A stretch of 47,652 bases of DNA from a virus (taxonomy: Duplodnaviria > Caudoviricetes). The translations under genes were made by a program, and so were the position numbers. This document shows positions 18,213 through 27,013 of the stretch, piece by piece. Where the stretch lies: the IMG/VR virus record IMGVR_UViG_3300012942_000064, positions 1 to 47,652 of that record; one strand, written 5' to 3'. Positions within the stretch are counted from its first letter, which is position 1, and each line of letters begins with the position of its first letter. The notes beneath the pieces are model-generated. The model was not told the DNA's origin and did no database searches. It saw only the letters and a list, made by a program, of their open reading frames with translations.

Positions 18213-21200
18213 ATGCCATCCTTTATCGGACGATACGGCCACCAAGCGCTGTTCTCTGACAATACTCAAGCTGTTGTGGTCGATTCCCGAGTAGGAGTCG
18301 TTACTGCCACAGGGTCCTTCAGTGACCTTGCGAGTTCTCGCCCTTGGGAGGATGGTGAGTATTCGGAATCGGATGTACAAGCCGCAGAATTCGCCTTAGA
18401 GTCCCTTCGTCATGAGATTCCACAAGAGACGGGACGGCTGTATACGATTCCTCGCGGGGTGCAGCGAACAGCACAGGCTGCCCTAGAGGCGTCCAGTTCG
18501 GCTTCTCATGCGGCGTATGCCACCGCACGTCTACTGGCCTCCGGGGGGCAGATTGACTTCAATCGTCTGGTGAATATCACTCATCGTCTCGAACAGCATC
18601 AGCATGAAGCCCAGTCAGAATCATGGAACTTGTATGGCGGCAATGCCGCCTATAAGTGGGCTACCGCTATCGTATCAAAGGAACCGCTGACTGCGGACGC
18701 AGGAGATATCACAGACATCTTCACAAAGACAGACGGGGATGTCGGGCCTGAGTTTGTCGTCCGCATCTCCACTCTAGGTAGTGGAATCGACCGACTGTAC
18801 CGTATAGATATCGATGGGCGTGTCTATGTCTGGGATGATAACAACTGGGATGATCTCGGCCACGTAGACTGGAACATCTGGGATTACGATGAAGAACTCG
18901 ATGGTGGAACACCTCGTGAAGATGTGACCCACATCCTCATCGACCCAGAATCGGCTATCTATATCGCTGCACATCTCCAATATGGCCCCGTATTCGTAGA
19001 GGACATTGACCTGAACGAATCCGAGATGGTCCGTGATGCCGTCGATGATCTGGACTGGGAGCTACTGGATTCCACGATCACTGCTGCGGCCTTCGAGGAG
19101 TTCACCTCCGCAGCCGTCAACGGAGGCACTGAAGGCGATGGCGTGTACACCCCGGCAGAGCGCAGTGAGAACGCCTCCAAGCAGGTCCGTGACTCCAACG
19201 GCCGGTTTGCTAAGCAGGGTGCGCGTGTACAGGTCGGGGGTACAGGAGCTACCGGTACGATCACACAAGTCAATCCTCAGAACAGCACCGTAGAAGTCAA
19301 ACTGGACAATGGTACGACCCAGATTCTCCCTGGAAACCAGGTAGCAGCCGTCGATCCTGGCACTGTGAACATCCCCGGCAAGCCTGCATCACTGCCACGA
19401 GTTGATTTCTCTGGAATTCTAGCTGAGCCTCGTACGCCGATTAACCGAACTCAGGGCACAATTCCCGGCACCTTGCCCGCGATGACGACGGATGATCTGC
19501 ACAATTTGATCAATAATTTCCCTGCCTGGGTGAAGGCGCAACGTGAGTCATTCGTTCCAGCTAAAGGCATGGCTCCCGTATCCGTCCAAGCACCGAACAG
19601 CACCAGCACCGGCAAAGAAGGCCAATACGTCAAGGATGTTCTGGGACACGACCTAACACTGAACGCTTACGACCATCCGCTGTTGCAGGAATGGTTCAAG
19701 CAGCGAAGCCGTAGTGGTATCTCGAACACCGCCTGGTATCTGCCATTGCATGCAGACGCGGGAGAGCCAGAAGCTGATCAGTCCGGTGCACAAGAACTCA
19801 CGCCCGAAACTTCTGATGTTCAGCCACTGTACATGGCGGTCGTGTCCCCTGATGATCCGCGCGCAGTGTTCAGTCTGATCTGCCTGGTACCGGCCAGCAG
19901 CAGTTCTGTTTCCCCAATGGTGTACACCCGCCAGGATGGTCAGTGGGTCCGAGACGAGCAAACACTCAATGACCTCCGGTCCCCGACGCCGCCGCCTGTC
20001 GTGCCGCTCAACTCTGATACATTGAACGACGTGCTCACTCAGGTAGATGAGTCCCAGCACAAGGATGACAGTAGCGATTCTGTCACGGAAGAGGACGAAC
20101 GTGTCCTGAATGAGCCGCTACCAGATCAGTCCGACCTTCCGGCTGGCGCACCTAAGCCCGAGAGCGTCGTCTTGGCTGGTGCAGACTTTGATCTACAGGT
20201 GTTGTGGGGTCCACGTAAGGACATCATGCAGGCCGCAGTTGTGGCTGCGGGCGGTCTAGATCGCAATCGTGGAGGAGCCGAGAAGCTACGCCACTACTGG
20301 ACGCGGGGTCCCGGAGCAGCCAAGATTCTCTGGGGCACACCGGGAGACTGGACTCGTTGCGTCCGCTACCTCGGCAAGTATATGGGACCACGAGCCAAGG
20401 GCTACTGCTCTCTCCGTCACAAGGAGATGACACATATGTGGCCAGGAGATCGAGCTAACCGACAGACATACAGTCTGCATGCCTCCGGTAGCCCGGAATT
20501 CTCCACTAAGTTCGTACGATCCTCTCATCAAGTCATTCAAGCCTCCGTACTTCGGGCTAAGGCTGAGATCACCCGAGAACATCTACTGCACGGCATCACT
20601 GCATCCGCTATGCCGACTTACCGCATCTATGAGGATGCTCGGCAGGCTGTTAATGCCATTACCGCGTCAGCACTGGCGGATATGCAGATCGGTGGAGAAT
20701 TCTTCATCCCTATGGCCCTCCCAGAGGGCATTGAATCCGGAGATGGGCGTCTTGTCGAGCCTGGTGCTGCGGATATTCGCAATCTCCCGATCTCCCTGCT
20801 CTGGCAGTTCCGAACCGCACAAGGCCATGATGGCTCTGTTGTCGTGGGTCGTATCGAAGAACTTCGTCGGATTCCTGGTGGTATCGGAATGGGTTATGGC
20901 CATTTCGATGTTGGCCCATGGGGTCGCGAAGCAGAACGCATGATCCGTAATGGCATGCTTCGATTCGTCTCAGCGGACATGGACAACTTCATGGCGAAAG
21001 TTCGGAAGGGTGGCTCATCAGAGATGGATGAGGCGGCTTCTTCTGACGAGGCCACCATTGAGGCTAATGAGACCCGAGTCAAGAAGGCCAGGGTTATGGC
21101 TGTTACAATAGTAGCGAAGCCTGCATTCCAGGAGGCAACAATCGAGATGTATCCAGACCCAGTTGTGGAGGACGACGTGTTCCCAGATGGTCTCTTCATG

Positions 21201-22823
21201 GAAGAGCCTGACCCCGTTGACGTGCCAGCGTTGATGGCCGCAGGCTATATTGCGGATGCCATCCCTGTTGTTCCGCCGCGTGACTGGTTCCGTGACCCTA
21301 AGCTGGATGGTCCGACTCCTTTGACCGTGACCGATGATGGCCACGTCTTCGGCCACATCGCTGCTTGGACGACCCCCCATATCAACCCAGCCCTCCGAGG
21401 TATCAATCCCCCGAAGTCCCGAAGCAACTACGCCTACTTCCACCACGGTGTGCTTCGCACCGATGACGGTTCCGATGTGACAGTAGGGCAGCTTACCCTC
21501 GTTGGTGGACATGCAGCCCTTGAAGCTTCCGCCAACGAAGCCGTCAAGCATTATGATGACACTGGCTCCGCCGTAGCAGACGTGCACGCGGGAGAAGACG
21601 GATTCGGAATCTGGGTAGCAGGAGCCCTCCGACCGGGTGTTACTGCGGAACAGGTCCGAGCATTCCGAGCCTCCGCTCCATCCGGAGACTGGCGACCGAT
21701 TCGTGGCAGCCTGGAGTTGGTGGCCGTCTGCCAGGTCAACGTGCCTGGATTCCCAACCGCACGAGCATTCGTGGCATCCGGTCATATGATGGCGCTGGTT
21801 GCGGCTGGATCAGCCCCGCTGATGAAGCTTCGGCACGATCCGATCACTGATCTCACCGCAAGACTAGAAGCTCTAGAATCCATTACGGAACAAGAACTCT
21901 CAGCACAGGCGGACGAGGTACATCGACGCTTCGAACTTGCAATGAATGAACGCAATGCGGGTCTGAATGCGAGTGCGGAAGCAGTTTTTGCACGAATGGA
22001 ATCATTCGGTTATGTTTCACAGCGATCTCGCAAGGCCGCAGCCGAAAAGGGAGAAGCACTTCCAGATGGAAGCTACCCGATTCGCAATGTTTCAGATTTG
22101 AAGAACGCTATTCGAGCTTATGGCCGAGCCAAAGAGTCAGATCGTGCCAAGGTCAAGCGTCACATCATGAAGCGCGCACGCACACTGGGTCGTAGTGACC
22201 TCATTCCAGACAATTGGAAGAGTAGCAGTGCCTCGATGGCGGCTAGCGTGGAGAGCATGCGATCCCGTCTCGGGGAGTTCGCAGGCAACATTGAGTCACA
22301 TGTAGACGACCAGGGGGACGTGAAGTACACGCCAGGGCATCAGCCCCGTGATTACCAGGGTCAGTTTCGAGACATCCTCGCACGCCTAAAGAACAACCTT
22401 GGTGAGTCTGAAAACACTGAAATCGCCAATGAAATCAATCAAAAAGCCAAGCGAATTGTCGCAGGAAACTACGCTGATGCGATTAAGGGTGCTCTTGATC
22501 TTAAGAATCTGCTAGATGGCCTAGATGATGGTTCACTGGATTCACACGATATCAAGAATGTCCGCCAGTCCGCACGGGACCTCGGCACAGTCATTGCCAA
22601 TCTGCCACTTCCCTTCACGAATCAGGCCGCAAAGGTTCGATTCACGGACCTGCCTCCGGTTCTGCGTAATCTTATGCAAGATTTCGTAGAGCGTGTGCAG
22701 AAGAAGGTTCCAGATGATCCCGATGTGGTGAAGCCGCTACAAGACTTCATGCGTGGAGGAAATATGCTGAACCAATCTGAAATTGATAAGCAAATGAGCA
22801 CTTTGCTCCGATTGCTTACCTAA
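18213..22823 (+). CDS. Capsid maturation protease fusion protein
   Basis: Start probably ATG 18213 (GAGGAG SD). Protease-like EGIESGDGR..LPISL..GHDGSVVVGRI..VSADMD..KPAFQEA; second cluster-B-type block PPRDWF..VFGHIAAW..HYDDTG..SGDWR..VNVPGFP; LPDGSYPI..AIRAYGR..IP..W (DUF6582-like); lies directly before the capsid gene. Confidence 0.85.
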   Translation: MPSFIGRYGHQALFSDNTQAVVVDSRVGVVTATGSFSDLASSRPWEDGEYSESDVQAAEFALESLRHEIPQETGRLYTIPRGVQRTAQAALEASSSASHAAYATARLLASGGQIDFNRLVNITHRLEQHQHEAQSESWNLYGGNAAYKWATAIVSKEPLTADAGDITDIFTKTDGDVGPEFVVRISTLGSGIDRLYRIDIDGRVYVWDDNNWDDLGHVDWNIWDYDEELDGGTPREDVTHILIDPESAIYIAAHLQYGPVFVEDIDLNESEMVRDAVDDLDWELLDSTITAAAFEEFTSAAVNGGTEGDGVYTPAERSENASKQVRDSNGRFAKQGARVQVGGTGATGTITQVNPQNSTVEVKLDNGTTQILPGNQVAAVDPGTVNIPGKPASLPRVDFSGILAEPRTPINRTQGTIPGTLPAMTTDDLHNLINNFPAWVKAQRESFVPAKGMAPVSVQAPNSTSTGKEGQYVKDVLGHDLTLNAYDHPLLQEWFKQRSRSGISNTAWYLPLHADAGEPEADQSGAQELTPETSDVQPLYMAVVSPDDPRAVFSLICLVPASSSSVSPMVYTRQDGQWVRDEQTLNDLRSPTPPPVVPLNSDTLNDVLTQVDESQHKDDSSDSVTEEDERVLNEPLPDQSDLPAGAPKPESVVLAGADFDLQVLWGPRKDIMQAAVVAAGGLDRNRGGAEKLRHYWTRGPGAAKILWGTPGDWTRCVRYLGKYMGPRAKGYCSLRHKEMTHMWPGDRANRQTYSLHASGSPEFSTKFVRSSHQVIQASVLRAKAEITREHLLHGITASAMPTYRIYEDARQAVNAITASALADMQIGGEFFIPMALPEGIESGDGRLVEPGAADIRNLPISLLWQFRTAQGHDGSVVVGRIEELRRIPGGIGMGYGHFDVGPWGREAERMIRNGMLRFVSADMDNFMAKVRKGGSSEMDEAASSDEATIEANETRVKKARVMAVTIVAKPAFQEATIEMYPDPVVEDDVFPDGLFMEEPDPVDVPALMAAGYIADAIPVVPPRDWFRDPKLDGPTPLTVTDDGHVFGHIAAWTTPHINPALRGINPPKSRSNYAYFHHGVLRTDDGSDVTVGQLTLVGGHAALEASANEAVKHYDDTGSAVADVHAGEDGFGIWVAGALRPGVTAEQVRAFRASAPSGDWRPIRGSLELVAVCQVNVPGFPTARAFVASGHMMALVAAGSAPLMKLRHDPITDLTARLEALESITEQELSAQADEVHRRFELAMNERNAGLNASAEAVFARMESFGYVSQRSRKAAAEKGEALPDGSYPIRNVSDLKNAIRAYGRAKESDRAKVKRHIMKRARTLGRSDLIPDNWKSSSASMAASVESMRSRLGEFAGNIESHVDDQGDVKYTPGHQPRDYQGQFRDILARLKNNLGESENTEIANEINQKAKRIVAGNYADAIKGALDLKNLLDGLDDGSLDSHDIKNVRQSARDLGTVIANLPLPFTNQAAKVRFTDLPPVLRNLMQDFVERVQKKVPDDPDVVKPLQDFMRGGNMLNQSEIDKQMSTLLRLLT

Positions 22824-22955
22824 ATTGTGTTAGTATATTAACCAGGGTCAAGCGCCTCAACATCACTTGAATGTTCTGAGTCCCTTACCTCAGTCAAAAC
22901 CACTCAAATAGCCAAAAGGTTTGGCTATTGTAACTGGCCTATGAAGGAGGTAGAA
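22823..22955 (+). promoter_or_regulatory. Capsid gene promoter and structured 5' UTR
   Basis: TGTTAGTAT 22828-22836; perfect 10-bp hairpin AATAGCCAAA-agg-TTTGGCTATT 22907-22929; SD AAGGAGG 22944-22950. Confidence 0.6.
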
Positions 22956-24899
22956 GTGGATTCCATCAAGCAGGCTATTGATTCTCTTACCGAGCTTTCC
23001 GACGATCAGATCACGGACCTCGAAGACAGCATCACCAGCGAGTTTGAAGCTCTGTACACACAGGAATCGAATCGAACTCCTCAGTCAATTGATGCTATGC
23101 GAGACCTCGCTGACATGATGGACTCCGTGCGTGGCGAACAGGCGCGACGCGAAGCCCTAGCTGCTGAATTGGCAGCACAGAGCGAGGAACTCAACAACCG
23201 AATTCACGGCAGCGAAGCTGCGGTGGACGACGAGGTTCCAGCAGAAGACGATCCCGAGGTCCCTGAGGACCCGGACGACGAGGAAGAAGAACCGATGACA
23301 GCATCAGCCGAAACTGAGGACGAGACAACCGAGACCGTCACAGAGGCAGCCGTAGAAGAGGCTCCAGCAGCAGTTGAAGAGACTGTGACTGAGACCGAAG
23401 CTGCGGTTGAAGAAATTTCCGAAGCCGAGGCACCAGCCGAAGCCGAGGCGGCATCTGACGTAGAGGATGCCGTAGTCGAGACAGAAGTCACAGAGGCTTC
23501 CGAGGCAGCCGCCGAGGAGACTGTGGCCGAGGTCGAGGCACCCGCCGAGGCAGAAGCCTCAAACACCGAAACACCTAGTGAGCCGCAGGCTCAGGAAGAG
23601 GCACTTACCGTGACCGCATCAGCAGAAGAGACCTCCATCGAGGTTCCGGCTGATCGCCGCCCAGTTGCCCAGGCTGTCAGCAACCCGGTAGCAATCACCG
23701 CGGGAGCCGACATTCCGGGATACCAGGCGGGTTCCCAGATCAGCGATATGGATGAAGTTGCAAAGCTTTTCGCTAAGCGACTCGACACACTCCGCCGTGT
23801 CAACGGTGGAGATGGTGAGCAGACCATTGTGGCCTCGCTCGCTACCACCTACCCAGAGGCTCTTGTCCTGAAGGGTGACGAGAAGACCAACACCGCACAG
23901 GTGACTGCTGCGCTCGAAGAGCGTGAGGCACTTGTCGCTTCCGGTGGTTGGGGAACTCCTTCTCCAGTCCGTTACGATATCTTCGGATTCGGAACTGACG
24001 CCCGACCGGTCAAGGACTCCCTCCCGAAGTTCCAGGCTGATCGCGGTTCCATCACCTTCGTGGTGCCACCGGTTCTCTCTGACTACGCCGATGCCGTTGG
24101 CATCTGGACCGCAGAGACTGACGCCGACCCGGGCGAAGCGACCAAGAACGTACTCGTTGTTGAGGGTGCTAGCACCATCACTGAGGACGTTGACGCCGTA
24201 ACCGTCCAGCTTCAGATCGGTAACCTGCTCTCCCGAGCATACCCGGAGTACGTAGCTCGTCACAACGAGCTTGCGCTCATCCAGCACGCCCGAGTCGCTG
24301 AGCTTAACACCCTCAGCAAGATGGAGTCCAACTCCACCGCCGTGACCACCAACGGTCTCATCGGTGTAGCTCGTGACTTCCTCGTCCGAGTGAAGGTTGC
24401 TGCTGCGGCCTACCGTTCCCGTCACCGTATTGACCCGAACACCCGACTTCAGGCCATCATCCCGATGTGGGTGTACGAGGCCATGATGTCCGACCTCACC
24501 CTGAACGCACCGGGAGACGGAAGTCTCGACGTGACCAAGGCTGAGATCGCTGGCTACCTTGCCACAAGCAATGTCAGCCTGACCGCCAGCTACGACCTGA
24601 ACACCTTCGGTGCTCAGACCGCAGGACCGCTCCTTGAGTTCCCTGACACGTTCAAGTGGTTCCTCTTCTCTGAGGGTACCTTCTTGTTCCTCGACGGTGG
24701 AACTCTCGACCTCGGAATCGTTCGCGACTCCGCACTCGTCGGAACCAACGACTACCGCATGTTCGTTGAGACCTTCGAGGGTCTGGCCAAGGTGGGAATC
24801 GAGTCCCTCGCAATCACCAGCAACATCGTGGTAGACGGTTCCGCAGCCGCCCTCCGTGACCTTGCCGGTGGCGGTGCCGCTTCCGCATCTGACTACTGA
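22956..24899 (+). CDS. Major capsid (hexamer) protein with N-terminal coiled-coil and acidic scaffold-like extension
   Basis: GTG 22956 follows AAGGAGG; LVASGGWGTPS..YD, LP.FQADRG.I, EGTFLFLDGGTLDLGIVRDS..TNDY..FVETFEG motifs of Rosebush/cluster-B-type capsids; strongly biased codon usage. Confidence 0.9.
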   Translation: MDSIKQAIDSLTELSDDQITDLEDSITSEFEALYTQESNRTPQSIDAMRDLADMMDSVRGEQARREALAAELAAQSEELNNRIHGSEAAVDDEVPAEDDPEVPEDPDDEEEEPMTASAETEDETTETVTEAAVEEAPAAVEETVTETEAAVEEISEAEAPAEAEAASDVEDAVVETEVTEASEAAAEETVAEVEAPAEAEASNTETPSEPQAQEEALTVTASAEETSIEVPADRRPVAQAVSNPVAITAGADIPGYQAGSQISDMDEVAKLFAKRLDTLRRVNGGDGEQTIVASLATTYPEALVLKGDEKTNTAQVTAALEEREALVASGGWGTPSPVRYDIFGFGTDARPVKDSLPKFQADRGSITFVVPPVLSDYADAVGIWTAETDADPGEATKNVLVVEGASTITEDVDAVTVQLQIGNLLSRAYPEYVARHNELALIQHARVAELNTLSKMESNSTAVTTNGLIGVARDFLVRVKVAAAAYRSRHRIDPNTRLQAIIPMWVYEAMMSDLTLNAPGDGSLDVTKAEIAGYLATSNVSLTASYDLNTFGAQTAGPLLEFPDTFKWFLFSEGTFLFLDGGTLDLGIVRDSALVGTNDYRMFVETFEGLAKVGIESLAITSNIVVDGSAAALRDLAGGGAASASDY

Positions 24900-24927
24900 G
24901 TCATAGCGGAATAATCAACCAACTGAC

Positions 24928-25038
24928 CGAGCCACGCTCAGGATAAGCTAGGAGAACCTCTACAATGGCATTCAATAAAGGCATCTTTGATGCCTCACCC
25001 ATTGAACAGGCTCCTTGTGGACTCCTGAGCGTGGCTCG
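24928..25038 (+). promoter_or_regulatory. Long RNA stem enclosing the SD and start codon of the 24965 gene
   Basis: Perfect 16-bp IR CGAGCCACGCTCAGGA (24928-24943) / TCCTGAGCGTGGCTCG (25023-25038) plus inner helices. Confidence 0.75.
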
Positions 25039-25846
25039 TGTCACATCTTGGGAATCTGATGATGAGCAGTGGCTTCGCGGCTACAACTACCGAGTCATCG
25101 GCTCCCCGGCGATCAACCTACTCACTGCCAGTGACAGCGATACTGTAACTGGTGGAGATGTATCCACTGACACCAGCAAGCCCATCTATCTACCCGGCAG
25201 TGGCTTCACTATCGTCACCAAGCGCACCATTACACTACAGAATCTGTCATGGGAAGACCCAGAAGCAGTCGCGCGTGACATTGCACTAGCAGCCACACAG
25301 AAGGCCGTGGAGCTAGAGTTCTGGGAGGGACCGGCTGCACAGGTAGATGGTCATGATACGGCCTTCCTGCGCAAGTCTGGTGGCGCAACCGTTTTGACCA
25401 CGGCTGCTGTGTCCGTAGATACCGCTTTGCATCTTCTAGAGCAGAGCATCTCCAACTCTCCAGTCGGCGCGCGTGGCGTCATCCATATGACCCGGGACGT
25501 AGCATCTGAACTGGGCAGTCGCATTCTGTACAAGGGTGATGGAGACTCCGCCACCGAAGATCGGGCTATCACACGCCAAGGCACCCGAGTTGTCATCGGA
25601 AGTGGCTACACCGGTAATGGACCAATTGGTTCCTCCGGAGCGGCGGCTTCAGCCACCAACAAGTGGATGTACAGCACCACTACTGATATCGCGGTAGACC
25701 TCGGTCAGATCGACACCGTTGTCAGTATCAAGCAATCCCCCGTCACTGCCACGAACGATGGCCAAGTCATTCTTCAGCGTAGTGCATCCGTACGTTTCGA
25801 TACTTCTGTCTGGTACGCCGCACAGGTCACCCTGCCGACCACCTGA
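24965..25846 (+). CDS. Second capsid protein (probable capsid pentamer protein)
   Basis: Directly follows the major capsid; GLLSVA N-terminus, AVELEFW, GVIHMT, GTRVVIGSGY motifs like cluster-B-type pentamer proteins; AGGAG SD. Confidence 0.75.
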   Translation: MAFNKGIFDASPIEQAPCGLLSVARVTSWESDDEQWLRGYNYRVIGSPAINLLTASDSDTVTGGDVSTDTSKPIYLPGSGFTIVTKRTITLQNLSWEDPEAVARDIALAATQKAVELEFWEGPAAQVDGHDTAFLRKSGGATVLTTAAVSVDTALHLLEQSISNSPVGARGVIHMTRDVASELGSRILYKGDGDSATEDRAITRQGTRVVIGSGYTGNGPIGSSGAAASATNKWMYSTTTDIAVDLGQIDTVVSIKQSPVTATNDGQVILQRSASVRFDTSVWYAAQVTLPTT

Positions 25847-25852
25847 TAGAAT
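25844..25852 (+). promoter_or_regulatory. Extended -10 promoter for major tail
   Basis: TGATAGAAT overlapping the upstream stop codon. Confidence 0.55.
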
Positions 25853-25890
25853 AATAAAACCAACTTCCACCTAACCGAGAGGATAGCCAA

Positions 25891-26940
25891 ATGGCCACTC
25901 AGGAATATGCCACTAGCATTCAAGGTGTGGCCATTCGAGTCACACGACTTGATGCTGTCGGCAACCTTCTAAACGAGCCGGGCGACAGCTACACCACGTC
26001 CGCGTTCATCCGATTCTCCTTCACTCCTGAATATGAGGAAGGCGACGAGATCACTGAGAAGTCCGCGAACGGTGCCGTCTGCGTGTCGTACAAGTCACCA
26101 GACACCCTGAAGCGAATCACATCAGAACTCGCAATCTGCGACCCGGACCCGGAGCTTACCGCTCTGATCTCCGGAGGTCTCCTGCTCACGAAGAATATCG
26201 GCACCTATGCAGACCCGAACCGCAAGAGCGTCGGTTGGGCTGCTCCGGCTGTTGGTGACGACCCATCCGGAAACGGTGTCGCCATCGAGGTCTGGTCCCG
26301 AGCCATCGCAGATGGTAAGCCAGCCGCTACTCTTCCATATTGGCAGTTCATCTTCCCATATGTCAAGCTCAGCCTTTCCGGTGACCGTGTGATCGAGAAT
26401 GGTCTTATGGCCACCACATTCTCCGGATACGGACTTGGAAACTCGCAGTTCGACACAGGTGTTGATGGTCGCTGGGAGTTCCCAGTTGCTACGGACCGCC
26501 CCTACGCCTACACTCGTGTAGATTGGGCTCCAAGTGGCCTCAAGGGCTTCTACACCTGGCACGATGAGATCAACGCCGCAATTTCCAACGTCTCTGCAAC
26601 CACCACAGCCGTCACTATCACAACCTCTGCGGCTCACGACCTCGAAATCGGTGACCAGGTGACTGTAGCAGCAACCACGGCAACGAGTATCAACGGAACC
26701 TACTTCGTTGCATCCGTTCCGACTGCCACCACCTTCACGTACGCGAAGACTGGAACGGCTGTCACCTCTGCGGCAGACACGGGAACTGTCACATCTCCGG
26801 CTGGCCCGCGTGCTGTGACTGACCTGCCTGACACCACGGCTGATCCGGATGTTGACTACAATGTTCCAGGCAACGTGAACTACAACGCCGACAAGGATGT
26901 GGATCAGATCATCAACTCGGTGGATGACCCGACCTCCTGA
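25891..26940 (+). CDS. Major tail (tube) protein with C-terminal accessory beta-domain
   Basis: IRVTRLD..G, EYEEGDEITEKSANG..C, ICDPDPEL, AIEVWS motifs; C-terminal TTSAAHDL..GD.V...INGTY module (~26570-26795); GAGAGG SD. Confidence 0.85.
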   Translation: MATQEYATSIQGVAIRVTRLDAVGNLLNEPGDSYTTSAFIRFSFTPEYEEGDEITEKSANGAVCVSYKSPDTLKRITSELAICDPDPELTALISGGLLLTKNIGTYADPNRKSVGWAAPAVGDDPSGNGVAIEVWSRAIADGKPAATLPYWQFIFPYVKLSLSGDRVIENGLMATTFSGYGLGNSQFDTGVDGRWEFPVATDRPYAYTRVDWAPSGLKGFYTWHDEINAAISNVSATTTAVTITTSAAHDLEIGDQVTVAATTATSINGTYFVASVPTATTFTYAKTGTAVTSAADTGTVTSPAGPRAVTDLPDTTADPDVDYNVPGNVNYNADKDVDQIINSVDDPTS

Positions 26941-26959
26941 TAACTTAACAACCCGATGC

Positions 26960-26995
26960 ACTAAGGCGGGGGCACCTCGGTGCCTCCGCCTTAGT
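26960..26995 (+). terminator. Intrinsic terminator-like hairpin
   Basis: ACTAAGGCGGGGGCAC-ctcg-GTGCCTCCGCCTTAGT, 16-bp stem with one G-U, just after major tail; no U-tract. Confidence 0.75.
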
Positions 26996-27013
26996 CAATG
27001 AAAGGACGTGAAC

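Noticed and set aside
23204-26961. Long antisense ORFs over the capsid and major tail genes (e.g. 23619-24425, 26122-26961)
   Set aside because: Shadows of highly biased, highly expressed + strand genes
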